A stretch of 64,000 bases of DNA from positions 248,001 through 312,000 of the IMG/VR virus record IMGVR_UViG_3300028800_000001; one strand, given 5' to 3'. The first letter of the stretch is position 1, and the number at the start of each line of letters is the position of its first letter. The notes beneath the pieces are model-generated. The model did no database searches. It had not been told where the DNA came from and worked only from the letters and a program-made list of their open reading frames with translations. This document shows, piece by piece, positions 45,220-55,049 of the stretch. Made by a program: the position numbers and the translations under genes.

Positions 45220-45679
45220 ATATTATCAAACTACTTGTTTTTTTTGCGATGAACAGGAAACAGTGCGTGTCGTTTCAGTAAGACAACGTGGTACTGGTGC
45301 TGCACTGGCAACTGATGTACCACTAAGTATAAATGGTTTTGGGCTGACTGATACGTACGATGAGCAGACGCGCTGTAGTAGTTGCGGCCACGAAGCAGAA
45401 CTTGAACTGTATGAGGTCTCAGGGCTGCGCATCCTGGTGGAAGAAGAGTATCTCAAAGACTATCAAAATGGACGCCATGAGTTCGAGACTGATTACGGCC
45501 ATGAATTAGAACTGACAGAGTATCCAACGCTCGGTGACTATTCCGCAGCATTTCCGGCAGGAAGAGTTGCCACCTTTCAGATCTATGAACACCAATCGCC
45601 ATCACTCGAATCGCTCTCGCGTGCACTCTGGTTTTTTACTGGCTGGATGCAACGTTGGACTGAAGTGGCAGAGGGGTAA
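45206..45679 (+). CDS. Zn-ribbon hypothetical protein
   Basis: CFFC, CSSC; EEEYLKDYQNGR...FFTGWM. Confidence 0.55.
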   Translation: MKEFKYYQTTCFFCDEQETVRVVSVRQRGTGAALATDVPLSINGFGLTDTYDEQTRCSSCGHEAELELYEVSGLRILVEEEYLKDYQNGRHEFETDYGHELELTEYPTLGDYSAAFPAGRVATFQIYEHQSPSLESLSRALWFFTGWMQRWTEVAEG

Positions 45680-45753
45680 AATCTTCTGCCACTATTATTT
45701 TTCGCAAGCCTTTTTTGCGAGAAAGAAAAAGATACACAGAAAGAGAAAAAGAA

Positions 45754-46071
45754 ATGAACTTCCTCGAACAATGTTTAGTAACCAATGGTCTTTTTAGTAT
45801 GCCCCAGGAAATGATCCTCTGTCAGCGCCACGCACAGTTTCGTCGCATGCAAGGTGAACAAGTTATGGCACAATGCCGTCTTCAGGGCGGTATGTGCAAT
45901 GACTGCATGCAACAGGGCATGATGAATAACAACGGCGGCTTCGGTATGATGAACAACGGTTTCAATCAGGGCTTTGGCGGTGGTGACACCATCATCGAAG
46001 AGACTGTTATTCAAGAGACCGTGATTGAGGCCGATCCTTTTAATGATCCCTTCAACAATAACGGCTGGTAA
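45754..46071 (+). CDS. small protein with Cys/His motif and Gly/Asn/Met low-complexity tail
   Basis: CQRH, CNDC, GMMNN repeats; followed by terminator 46081-46117. Confidence 0.55.
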   Translation: MNFLEQCLVTNGLFSMPQEMILCQRHAQFRRMQGEQVMAQCRLQGGMCNDCMQQGMMNNNGGFGMMNNGFNQGFGGGDTIIEETVIQETVIEADPFNDPFNNNGW

Positions 46072-46130
46072 TTCTTACCTGGAGTGAGGCGATTCTTCGC
46101 TTTCACTCCCTTTTTTTAAGAAGGGGAACG

Positions 46131-46373
46131 ATGAGTATTCTTCATTTTTGTGAACTTCAGTGGATGATCGACCAGCTTGAGATATGTGGGTATAAAGATT
46201 GTACTGAGCAGGTAAAACCTTATTATCAGGGAGAGTACCAGTACCTCTGTACGTTTGATCGACCGTTTGCAGAGCAGGACGCGGGGCCAATCTATTGCCA
46301 GACGGTCAAAGATCTGGTAGAACTATACCGCAGTGTGATCGTACAAAAAGAAGTAAAAAAAGAAAAAGAATGA
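46131..46373 (+). CDS. hypothetical protein
   Basis: AGGGG SD. Confidence 0.45.
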   Translation: MSILHFCELQWMIDQLEICGYKDCTEQVKPYYQGEYQYLCTFDRPFAEQDAGPIYCQTVKDLVELYRSVIVQKEVKKEKE

Positions 46374-46382
46374 GAAAAATAT

Positions 46383-46706
46383 ATGCCCAATCGAGAATTA
46401 ATGGTTTCTCTTACCGATAGCGAATGGATGTCGCTGATTGACAAAGAGCGCGGTGGACTACCACCTTGTTGCGCGAATATTAGTGAACTTCGTGATCAAA
46501 TTATTCTCCTGGCACGTGAGGGCGGCAATCTTCCACCCTGGAATGGTATGGCCTATCTCAGAGCGTATCGGGTGTGCCTGGATGGTCATCCTTTTACTGA
46601 GACACATTTTCCAGAACTATTAAAGTTGACGAAGGATGTTGCACGTAGTATGGGCGTAACACTTGAAGAGCTCGGTGCGTTTCCGCATGAGGGCAACGGC
46701 GAATGA
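46383..46706 (+). CDS. hypothetical protein
   Basis: ATGA overlap with next gene. Confidence 0.5.
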   Translation: MPNRELMVSLTDSEWMSLIDKERGGLPPCCANISELRDQIILLAREGGNLPPWNGMAYLRAYRVCLDGHPFTETHFPELLKLTKDVARSMGVTLEELGAFPHEGNGE

Positions 46707-47095
46707 CGACCATCATCCTTGGGCAGATCAGCAAGCGAAAGTATTATGAAGCCCACTACGGGCCTCTTTCTTGTTACACCATGACGGTGAAGTCGCTCCC
46801 AGGTATAGAAAACATCGCCTGCCTCACCCCCACGAAGGAACTTGTCTATGGGCACAAGGGCTATCAAGGCTACGAGCCGCTAGACGATGATGCGTACACG
46901 GAGCGCTATATAGGACGCCTGAACGCACATATGCGCCAGATTCGTCTGTGGTATCGTGCCCTGGCTGCGCAAGAAACAGTGCTTCTGTGTTGCTTTTGTC
47001 GCAAGGGGGCATTTTGTCATCGCAAGATTGTGTATGCGCTCTTTGGTTGGCTCAACAGCCGTCTTGATCTTTCCTATACGCTTATCTTGGAGTAG
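46703..47095 (+). CDS. DUF488-like protein
   Basis: LTPTKELV, YTERY, VLLCCFC...FCHR. Confidence 0.55.
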   Translation: MTTIILGQISKRKYYEAHYGPLSCYTMTVKSLPGIENIACLTPTKELVYGHKGYQGYEPLDDDAYTERYIGRLNAHMRQIRLWYRALAAQETVLLCCFCRKGAFCHRKIVYALFGWLNSRLDLSYTLILE

Positions 47096-48826
47096 TTGGT
47101 TATGGCAGCACATTTTCTTCTTCCCAAAAACCGTGAAGAGATTCGTCTTTTTGGCGCGGGGATGGCATTTCATCTCGCGCTGACGGAATACATCAAAGAG
47201 GAACCAAAGACCATTGAGGAGTTACAAAAGGCCGCAGAATATGCTTACGGCGTCTTAGAGCAGAGCGCTACACGCGTTGGAAAAACGCTGAGCAATGATG
47301 ATGCAAGCGCTAAAGCGTTACTTCTTGAGGCATTCTTTTGGGGTTATCATCATTGTACACGTATGCTCAATGAAGAAGGTTCGAAGTGGGCCAATCTGGT
47401 CAATCATGTCAAGAACACGAAAACAGAAGTAGCGCTGGATATTATTTTTACACAGCTACGTGCTGACTGGGAAATACTTTCTGCGACACTTCCACGCAAA
47501 GATGATGAGTATACCTGTGCCTATTCGGGGTGTCATGATCCGATTGTGGCGATTGTACGCACCATCACGCTTAAAAATGAACAGGGCAGACCGTTTACCT
47601 TTAAGCTTGGCGGCTGCAATGCGCATCTGGACGCACTTGCGGCGCAACTACGTGATAACGGGAAACTTCAAGTGCTCTTAGAAGAGATGGCTCCTGAGAT
47701 CTTTTTGACAAAAAAGATACTTGCGGCGCGCAAAGAGAAGTTGCTCATTGATCGCTTTCGCATTGCGCAGCGCTGGGACGAGAGTAGCGCTGAATATCGT
47801 GGAATGCAGCAACAATTTGGGGAACGCGGTGTGCAGTTCTCTTTTGCCTTTGTTGATGCCTACGTGGATATTGCGAAGAAGTATGAGCTGACACCATCAG
47901 CCGGTGCTTTTGTCCTCAGTCTGCCACCCATTCCTTTTTATAGAGCGATTGCCGAAGCTGTGGACTTTGCAGAGCGTGTCTTCATTACGTTTGAAGAGCC
48001 GATAGAATCGCCCTATGGCGCATGTTCTGGCTACTCCTTTGGTGTAAAATCATTAGAGAATCTTCTCTATGCAAACCGCATTGTACCGCATTCTAAAGGG
48101 CAGTTAGAGAAGATGCGCGCTATTATGTTGCAAGAAAACAGCACGACGGTTGGAATTGATGCCTTTGCGGAAAGTGGGCTGGCGATCTGGACACTCTCGT
48201 TAGAGCTTCCTCGTACCATCGTTCCTGGTGCACCACTTCAACCCATTTACTTTATGACGCAAAGCTGGCAGCAGTGTACGAGCGGCGAGTGTGGCGACGG
48301 TAAACCGGTGTGTGCAGCCTGTACAGCTATCAACGCGTGGTATTATTCACTTTACAGCAATATTTTACGGCTTATTGCTGGCGACTACGCAATGGAAGAA
48401 GAATCGTCAGGTCAGTTCCCAATAAAGAGTCGCACCTCCAAGCGAAGGCAACCCGATAAAGAGAAGTATTGGAAGATACGCGACGTGGAGGTGACATATG
48501 AGTACCATGTAGTGAGTATGGACGCGTTACTCAAGAAGAGTAGTGTGGAAGCCCTGCCAATAAAGCAACATCGTGGTTCCTGGCTGGAGAAACTTGATCC
48601 TGAACACATCGTGTATGTACGCAAAAGAATTAGTCTCAAGAAGGGGAGAACACTCAAAGATCCCCGTTACCATAAATACATTTTGGCACACGGGGGTAAT
48701 CCTGAAGAAGGATACACGATTGCGGTCAAAGACCATGAGAAACGCATACCAATGAAGCTTGAGACGCTGACAAAACTGGTAGAACGTGTGGAGGTCAAGG
48801 GGCCAACATTCTTGAAGAGGGAATAA
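47096..48826 (+). CDS. large hypothetical protein with Cys clusters
   Basis: 576-aa ORF; start probably ATG 47102. Confidence 0.65.
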   Translation: MVMAAHFLLPKNREEIRLFGAGMAFHLALTEYIKEEPKTIEELQKAAEYAYGVLEQSATRVGKTLSNDDASAKALLLEAFFWGYHHCTRMLNEEGSKWANLVNHVKNTKTEVALDIIFTQLRADWEILSATLPRKDDEYTCAYSGCHDPIVAIVRTITLKNEQGRPFTFKLGGCNAHLDALAAQLRDNGKLQVLLEEMAPEIFLTKKILAARKEKLLIDRFRIAQRWDESSAEYRGMQQQFGERGVQFSFAFVDAYVDIAKKYELTPSAGAFVLSLPPIPFYRAIAEAVDFAERVFITFEEPIESPYGACSGYSFGVKSLENLLYANRIVPHSKGQLEKMRAIMLQENSTTVGIDAFAESGLAIWTLSLELPRTIVPGAPLQPIYFMTQSWQQCTSGECGDGKPVCAACTAINAWYYSLYSNILRLIAGDYAMEEESSGQFPIKSRTSKRRQPDKEKYWKIRDVEVTYEYHVVSMDALLKKSSVEALPIKQHRGSWLEKLDPEHIVYVRKRISLKKGRTLKDPRYHKYILAHGGNPEEGYTIAVKDHEKRIPMKLETLTKLVERVEVKGPTFLKRE

Positions 48827-48943
48827 TTTCATCAACATTTAACAAAAGTACTTGTTTTTTCCTTGATTTTTGGGTACGCTTAACAAGCATTCGCTTTTGT
48901 AGCGCGTCCTTGAACTGTGAACAAATACTCAAGGGAGTTTTGT

Positions 48944-51292
48944 ATGCGCCACCTCAAAACATCTGTGACTCTTTTTGCATTATTCTTTGTAGTCTTCTTT
49001 TTGAGTACCTCCACTGTAGCCGCGAAACCTGTAGCTGGTCCTGTCGTACTTTCTGGGGACATCCTTCCTGGTATGAAACCAGTGAGCGGGGCAGTGGTCA
49101 ATTTACAAACGTCTATCCCGATAGAGTTATCCCTGTCAGTGCAAAATCAGCCAGGGCTCAATACATTGCTTGCAGAAATCTACAATCCGCAGTCCACAGA
49201 GTACCATCACTATCTAGCAAAAGGGCAATTTGCTACGATGTTTGGGTCGTCACCTGCGCAACAAACACAAATCAAACAGTTTCTTACCCGTAATGGCCTG
49301 ACATTTGATAACTTTGCCAATAGCAACTTATTGGTGCATGCGCATGGTTCACTTGCGGCCATTGATCAGGCGTTTGCCGTGAGCATGCAAACGGAACAGA
49401 TCAAAGGCACGAAGTTCCTGGCGAATACTGTAGAGCCATCGGTGCCAGCAGCAATAGCTCCACTCGTAACAGGTGTGCAGTTAGAACAAGCGCCACAATC
49501 GCTCTTCGTCAAGCCGCAAGGAAGAACAACTGGTCAACGTTTTCTCACGCCATCAGGGTATGGCCCTGCCGATATTAAGACGGCCTTTAGTGGCACGTCT
49601 TATCTTGGGACTGGAAGTGGACAAAAGATAGGGGTTGTCGGGTTCGATGTACTTGCAGCTAGTGACATTACTGCCTATGAACGGCAGTACGGTGTCATTT
49701 GTGGCACCTGTAATGTGAGTATAACTACTGTCACTACAGGAAACACCGCAACTGATGTCGATATTGAACAGGCATTAGATTTCGAGCAAATTATCGCACT
49801 CGCGCCATCAGCCACGTATTACTTCTATGACGAGGAAAGAAACGACTTTACTGGATTTCAGGATAATATTGCAACTGTTGCAAGTGCCGACGTGGTGAAC
49901 ACTGCTAGCTTGAGTTGGGGATGGGATTGTGAACAAGCGCCAGGTTCTACCATAAAATCATCTGTGAATACCTCCCTGGCTACCATGTCCAGTCAAGGGC
50001 AGTCATTCACAGATGCTTCTGGTGACGATGGTTCTGCGCAAGCAGATGTCTGTGGAGGTGGTGTACCTAATGTTGATTACCCTGGAACAGAACCGAATGC
50101 GCTCACAACTGGTGCGGTTCATGTTTCTGCAACGAGCCCACTTGCGCAGACGAATTGGTACGATGTTTCTGATCCCACTCCTGGTTTTCAGTGCAGTTCT
50201 GATCCGGTCTGTGAAAGTGGAGGTGGCGTAAGTACCTACTATGCAGCCCCCGCCTGGCAAACGGGCACAGGAGTCACTGAAGCTACATATAGCCAAACAG
50301 GAACGTATTGTGGACAGAGTACAGGTGTGCATTGTCGAGAGATGCCTGATGTTTCCGGCGATGGAGGCACAGATGGCAGTCTAGTTGGTGATCTTGCACT
50401 TTATGATAGTGGAACATGGGGATTAGTTTTTGGGACAAGTGCCTGTGCGCCGCAATGGGCAGCATTCATCGCCGATTTCAATGCTAGTTCAGGAACCACT
50501 ATTGGGACGCCAATGACTAGCCTCTACGGCTTTTGGAACGCGACCCAGAATGTTGGGTACAACGGTTTTACTGACGTAACCACTGGTTCTTCAGATTATT
50601 ATCCTGTTGGAACTGGATATGATATGGCAACAGGGCTTGGCACCCCGCGCCTTGACCAACTCCTTTGGGACTACGAAGGCTTTTTAGGTTGGGATAAATT
50701 TGGAAATCGTAACACGATTAGTAGTGGATGGAACGGCACAAAGAACGCGCAGGACGGTCAGGCGTGGGCTGGCGATCCTGTATCCAATGCTGCTTTTAGC
50801 GTACCTGTTGCAGGCGGTGAGGGTGATATCGCGCCTTCTGCCAATACGAACTTCAATGGACAGCTTGGACCATCTAGTAGCGATGATGAGCAAGTCGTAA
50901 TTGAGGCGCAGGCGTCTTCATGGACCAGTACCAATCTCGGCGCAGTAGCGAGATGGAGTTCCAACTCGAACTGGTACAGAGCCTACATCAATGGCACAAA
51001 TTTAAAAATTGATAAGCTGGTCGCAGGAACAGCGACCAATCTTGCTACCTTTGGCTTTACCGCATCAACCAGTACAAAATACTGGATTAAGTTCAAAGTC
51101 GTAGGGACCACGCTAGAAGCAAAAGTTTGGGTAGAAGGAGGTTCTGAGCCTGGAAGTTGGCAGGCAACGGTTACTGATTCTAGTTTCTCATCTGGGAAAG
51201 AAGGTATTCGCTTTGGAGTGGGGAATGGAGTGACCGCGAATCTCTTCGCGTTCTATGGAGGCAGTGGTTTGAAGTTTAAGCCAGTAGCATAA
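48944..51292 (+). CDS. secreted S53 (sedolisin/kumamolisin) peptidase with pro-domain and C-terminal beta-sandwich
   Basis: Signal peptide; YNPQSTEYHHYL pro-domain; EQALD, ASGDDGS, PDVS, GTSACAPQWAA, GYDMATGLGTP. Confidence 0.9.
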   Translation: MRHLKTSVTLFALFFVVFFLSTSTVAAKPVAGPVVLSGDILPGMKPVSGAVVNLQTSIPIELSLSVQNQPGLNTLLAEIYNPQSTEYHHYLAKGQFATMFGSSPAQQTQIKQFLTRNGLTFDNFANSNLLVHAHGSLAAIDQAFAVSMQTEQIKGTKFLANTVEPSVPAAIAPLVTGVQLEQAPQSLFVKPQGRTTGQRFLTPSGYGPADIKTAFSGTSYLGTGSGQKIGVVGFDVLAASDITAYERQYGVICGTCNVSITTVTTGNTATDVDIEQALDFEQIIALAPSATYYFYDEERNDFTGFQDNIATVASADVVNTASLSWGWDCEQAPGSTIKSSVNTSLATMSSQGQSFTDASGDDGSAQADVCGGGVPNVDYPGTEPNALTTGAVHVSATSPLAQTNWYDVSDPTPGFQCSSDPVCESGGGVSTYYAAPAWQTGTGVTEATYSQTGTYCGQSTGVHCREMPDVSGDGGTDGSLVGDLALYDSGTWGLVFGTSACAPQWAAFIADFNASSGTTIGTPMTSLYGFWNATQNVGYNGFTDVTTGSSDYYPVGTGYDMATGLGTPRLDQLLWDYEGFLGWDKFGNRNTISSGWNGTKNAQDGQAWAGDPVSNAAFSVPVAGGEGDIAPSANTNFNGQLGPSSSDDEQVVIEAQASSWTSTNLGAVARWSSNSNWYRAYINGTNLKIDKLVAGTATNLATFGFTASTSTKYWIKFKVVGTTLEAKVWVEGGSEPGSWQATVTDSSFSSGKEGIRFGVGNGVTANLFAFYGGSGLKFKPVA

Positions 51293-51295
51293 CAA

Positions 51296-51337
51296 AAAAA
51301 GAGTGGAGAAAGTTTTTCTTCTTTCTCCACTCTTTTT
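51296..51337. terminator. bidirectional intrinsic terminator
   Basis: 17-bp inverted repeat with A/T tails between convergent genes. Confidence 0.8.
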
Positions 51338-51345
51338 CTAGATTT

Positions 51346-51771
51346 TTACGAATGCGATTGCAGCATCCAGCCGCGCAACTGAGCATCTAGCTTTTGATTG
51401 TCAACCAGTGTTGCGAAGACCTTATGGCTATCAACGACATTTCCTTGATGGTAGAGTACGTACAGTGTCTCTTTTTGTTTAGCAGTGGAATGTGAGACGC
51501 ATACCCTCCAACTACCAGGAAGGATAAGATCGCCAAGGGAGAGCATTTCGTAGGCTTCAACGAAGTTTCTCGGCATACTCCCATTTTTATACTTGGGCTG
51601 CATGGCAAGATCGTCAATATCGCTCGCGTCGTACGACCGGTCTTCATTCGGGCACTGTTCTACAATGCCATTGATGACATAGAGAAGCGCATCCTCAATC
51701 TTTTCATCGTTGCCGCTGGCAAACGCAATCTCCAAACTTTTTCGAATATTGGGAAATCTACTCATTTTCAT
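51346..51771 (-). CDS. hypothetical protein
   Basis: GGAG SD; overlaps upstream gene. Confidence 0.5.
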   Translation of the reverse strand: MKMSRFPNIRKSLEIAFASGNDEKIEDALLYVINGIVEQCPNEDRSYDASDIDDLAMQPKYKNGSMPRNFVEAYEMLSLGDLILPGSWRVCVSHSTAKQKETLYVLYHQGNVVDSHKVFATLVDNQKLDAQLRGWMLQSHS

Positions 51772-52210
51772 CTATCTCCATATTGGGGCATCCACACCAG
51801 TAGAGCCCTTCGTCTAATTGTTCGGCTTCGTAAATGTTGACTTCGTGTTCACAAAAATTGCAGATGACCGTCTGTTTTGGGCCATCCGTTATCTCTTCAA
51901 AATCTTCTTCAAAATCGTATACATCCGCAATTGTGGGGAATCTGGGAATATGGGAATGGCGCGCATTGAGAATTTGCTTTCCCTCCGTGGCCTGGGCTAA
52001 CTTTTGCAACAGGCGGATAAAGTGTTGAATCTTCTGGTTATAAGGTGCGAACTCTGTTGCCTCTACTGTGCCATTTTTGCACAGTAACATCGTGCGTAAC
52101 TGTAAAATGAAGGGAACTGCTCGCTCAGGTTGTATGAGCGCTTCGAACTGTTCAAAGGCTTCTAACCCCTCTTCGATATGCTGCTGTAGCACTTTGTCAT
52201 TGATTTCCAT
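51758..52210 (-). CDS. hypothetical protein with C-terminal Cys motif
   Basis: CNFC...WCGC. Confidence 0.5.
   Translation of the reverse strand: MEINDKVLQQHIEEGLEAFEQFEALIQPERAVPFILQLRTMLLCKNGTVEATEFAPYNQKIQHFIRLLQKLAQATEGKQILNARHSHIPRFPTIADVYDFEEDFEEITDGPKQTVICNFCEHEVNIYEAEQLDEGLYWCGCPNMEIDENE
51936..51957 (+). repeat. Triple 8-bp direct repeat GGGAATnT, copy 3
   Basis: GGGAATCT GGGAATAT GGGAAT. Confidence 0.7.
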
Positions 52211-52222
52211 GAAAACTACTTT

Positions 52223-52429
52223 CTATGAGAAAATTTCTAACTGTGGATTGGCAGGCAATAAAACTTTTTTCACGCCTGGATAGGACGGATACTGTGCGAT
52301 AAATTCACTGGGCACGATGATATTGTTCTGCTGTAGGAACGTTTTGTATGCCGTGTAGGTAATCTCTTGCTCAACGGTTCGCCAGAGGACGCGATCCTCT
52401 TGCTCAGCGCGTAGCAGTGTCGGAATCAC
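52223..52429 (-). CDS. short paralog of the C-terminus of 52614-53297
   Basis: IPTLLRAEQEDRVLWRT vs IPAVLQAEQEGRILWRT. Confidence 0.45.
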   Translation of the reverse strand: MIPTLLRAEQEDRVLWRTVEQEITYTAYKTFLQQNNIIVPSEFIAQYPSYPGVKKVLLPANPQLEIFS

Positions 52430-52626
52430 AATTTCTTTCCAGGCCGTTCGATAGGCTTCTTGATTGCGGCTTTTCCTAGCTTTTCAATACAGAAGTTCAC
52501 CGCTTCTTGTTCGTGCATATTATAGTGCGTGAAGCCATCAACGATATCGCTAAAACGAGCGAGGAGCCCGTTTGGCTGTTGCAAAATTCTCCAGGCCATC
52601 TTTGTCTTCCTTTCTACGCAATCCAT
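52426..52626 (-). CDS. small phage protein
   Basis: WRILQQPNGLLARFSDIVDGFTHYNM. Confidence 0.55.
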   Translation of the reverse strand: MDCVERKTKMAWRILQQPNGLLARFSDIVDGFTHYNMHEQEAVNFCIEKLGKAAIKKPIERPGKKL

Positions 52627-53297
52627 ACCAGGACGCGTCTATTCAACTTTTCTAAGGCTTCTCGAATGGCTTGGAGCCCTGGATAGCCATTCAACTTTTC
52701 TGGCAGATGCACATCGTGGTGTGCAAAAAATTCTCTGTATTCCTCGTAAGGCGTACCATCATTCGTGCGCCAGAGGATACGTCCCTCCTGCTCGGCTTGC
52801 AGCACTGCGGGGATCAAAATGTTTTTCCATGCGCGTCTCTGTATTTCTTGGTCGTCAAGCATCAGTTCTAGTTGAGAGTCTGCGCCAAGCATATCAACAA
52901 CAAGCCGACGCCGCGCATTAAAAGTGAAGAGGCCAGTGCGCAGTGCTTGTTCTGGAATGGCGCTACTGGCAATCATAGGTATAAGAAAACTGAAAGATGG
53001 GAAGACGTGGAGTGCCTCTGGTTCTTGCGGCCACTCGTACGCCATAATCGGTCTCCAGCTCTGGTAGTTCTCGCCATAGGCTTTTTCACCAATTTCTTCT
53101 TCGAGACGCCTCTTTGGTGCTTTGAGTAGGATCTTTTTGCCACGTATCCAGAGGGTATATTGATCTTCAGACCAGGACTCAGGATCGCCTGCGTAGTGAT
53201 GAATAACGTGTCGCTCAACAAACATATCAGGGGCAAGAAAAAAGATATCGTCCTCGCCGTATTCTTCTTTGAGCCATTGTTCAAATGTTGTGTTCAT
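52614..53297 (-). CDS. hypothetical protein
   Basis: 227-aa ORF in co-oriented run. Confidence 0.55.
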   Translation of the reverse strand: MNTTFEQWLKEEYGEDDIFFLAPDMFVERHVIHHYAGDPESWSEDQYTLWIRGKKILLKAPKRRLEEEIGEKAYGENYQSWRPIMAYEWPQEPEALHVFPSFSFLIPMIASSAIPEQALRTGLFTFNARRRLVVDMLGADSQLELMLDDQEIQRRAWKNILIPAVLQAEQEGRILWRTNDGTPYEEYREFFAHHDVHLPEKLNGYPGLQAIREALEKLNRRVLVWIA

Positions 53298-53309
53298 TTT
53301 TCTTCTTTC

Positions 53310-53660
53310 TTATCTTCGTTGTCTTCGCTGGCGTGTTGCCAGCGGCAACTTGGCGCGAATGCTATCAGGGTATGCTACGTCAAGTACTCTGACAGTCTCT
53401 AGTCCAAATTCTTCAATCAAAGGCTGCATCGCTAACTCCAGCATGAGATCGCCATGCTTGCCTTCAGGCACAAAGATATCAAAGTAGCAATCCGGTCCTT
53501 TGACGCCAGTGTATTTCGCTTTGTACTCAAACGTGAGCGCGTGCATAACGGTGCGTATATTTTCCCAACATTTTCCATGCTCTGCTTCTGGACTCCCCCA
53601 TGGACTCGGATAGAATTCGATCACTACGATGGGCGTTTCTTCGCCAGGAGTAATGGTCAT
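53310..53660 (-). CDS. hypothetical protein
   Basis: AAGGA SD. Confidence 0.5.
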   Translation of the reverse strand: MTITPGEETPIVVIEFYPSPWGSPEAEHGKCWENIRTVMHALTFEYKAKYTGVKGPDCYFDIFVPEGKHGDLMLELAMQPLIEEFGLETVRVLDVAYPDSIRAKLPLATRQRRQRR

Positions 53661-53695
53661 TCACTTTTTCCTTTTTTGCAAAAAATGGGAGTGGC

Positions 53696-54883
53696 TTACG
53701 CCACTCCAGTTTTAACGGTGTCAAGCACCGCACAGTAGTAGAGAATAGTGGTTTGGATGCCTCTAAAGCTATCATCGTGCTTTTTAACTTTACCTTTGAT
53801 GACGTAACTCTCACCTTCAATCAGTAGGTCTTTCGGAGTGAACCATGTGTATTGGTTCCCTTCTGCATCCTCCAGGTGATAAATGTTATTGACAGAGCCG
53901 CGTTTAAAGCCAGGGCAATAGTTGACGCGTACCAGCGTCAACGTACGCGTGATTTCCTCGTCTACGTTTCCTTGAAATTGGCTCACCTTTTTCTCGGTGC
54001 GCCGCGAAATCTTATGCGCAAGATCATAGGCTACAAAGAGGGAAGCGACCGTTCCACAGAATTTCCAGGGGATACTGTCGCTCTTGCAGGCCACCCACAG
54101 ATTATGATGATAATCACTCGTGCTTTCGTTGATGACCAGTTCGCGTATCCAGGTGAGTGCCGTTTGTACGCGCTTTTCGTCTTCGTTGTTTGGTCGCGGC
54201 GCATCTTGATCTTTTCGCACATCGTCAATCATGAAGAGCGCGGTCTGTGACGTTTTTGCCAGTGGCTCGTAGCTTTCGTGCACCATCTTGGCGGAAACCC
54301 ACCCGTAGGTACGGATTGCGAGGGCCACCCAACGCAGGTAACTTTCAGTGCCGATTCCATCAATACGACCAGCGCATCCCTCCTCGTAGGCACCACAGGA
54401 GTCGCCTGCCAGTGACAACAGCTCTGCGTATGAGGCCATCGCCTCTGGGCTTTTGTGTCCTAAAAAGTCTTTTAAGCAGGTGCGACCAACCTGTTTGTAA
54501 ACGCCGGTTGCGTTTTGACGCAGAATAAAGGTGTTGTCGCGTCTGCGATTGGTGTTACACTGTTCGCACTGCTGGGGAACATGGCGAAACTGGACAAGCT
54601 CGCCTTCGTGGGTCATTGTTGGTACAGAGCGTAAAATATTGCCGTCTTCGGTGTGATCGACAATCGAGATGAAGCTCCATCCGTTGATAATAGGAGAATC
54701 GCCTGTGATCTCAATCTCAAAGTGGCACAAATCGATGCCACCGAGCTCTTCAACCTTGATCATCTGTGTACCAACAACAGAGAGCACAATAGGAGCGCAT
54801 TTTAAGCGTTTCGCCTTGCGGTTGAGGACATTAATCTTCTCTTGAAGTTTATCCATGTTGGGCTGTGGAATGAGGTAGGTCAT
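53696..54883 (-). CDS. conserved large-phage protein with Zn-binding motif and C-terminal OB-fold-like domain
   Basis: CEQCNTNRRR, QVGRTCLKDFLG, IKGKVKKH; own promoter and SD. Confidence 0.7.
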   Translation of the reverse strand: MTYLIPQPNMDKLQEKINVLNRKAKRLKCAPIVLSVVGTQMIKVEELGGIDLCHFEIEITGDSPIINGWSFISIVDHTEDGNILRSVPTMTHEGELVQFRHVPQQCEQCNTNRRRDNTFILRQNATGVYKQVGRTCLKDFLGHKSPEAMASYAELLSLAGDSCGAYEEGCAGRIDGIGTESYLRWVALAIRTYGWVSAKMVHESYEPLAKTSQTALFMIDDVRKDQDAPRPNNEDEKRVQTALTWIRELVINESTSDYHHNLWVACKSDSIPWKFCGTVASLFVAYDLAHKISRRTEKKVSQFQGNVDEEITRTLTLVRVNYCPGFKRGSVNNIYHLEDAEGNQYTWFTPKDLLIEGESYVIKGKVKKHDDSFRGIQTTILYYCAVLDTVKTGVA

Positions 54884-54898
54884 CGATTTTTCTCCTTG

Positions 54899-54976
54899 AA
54901 TTAATTATTTTATTTTTTCGTTTTCACAAAATCATTTTCTAAAATTAATTATAGGCCAGAACGGGTTAAAAGACAA
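54899..54976 (-). promoter_or_regulatory. sigma70 promoter overlapped by paired AATTAATT motif
   Basis: TTGTCT(54976-54971)-17-TATAAT(54953-54948); AATTAATT at 54899 and 54943. Confidence 0.75.
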
Positions 54977-55049
54977 GCATTTTTTCACTGTATTTTCAGA
55001 ATATAAATAAAAACCGCTCAAACTTCTTCAAGATGAGCGGTATGCGAGG

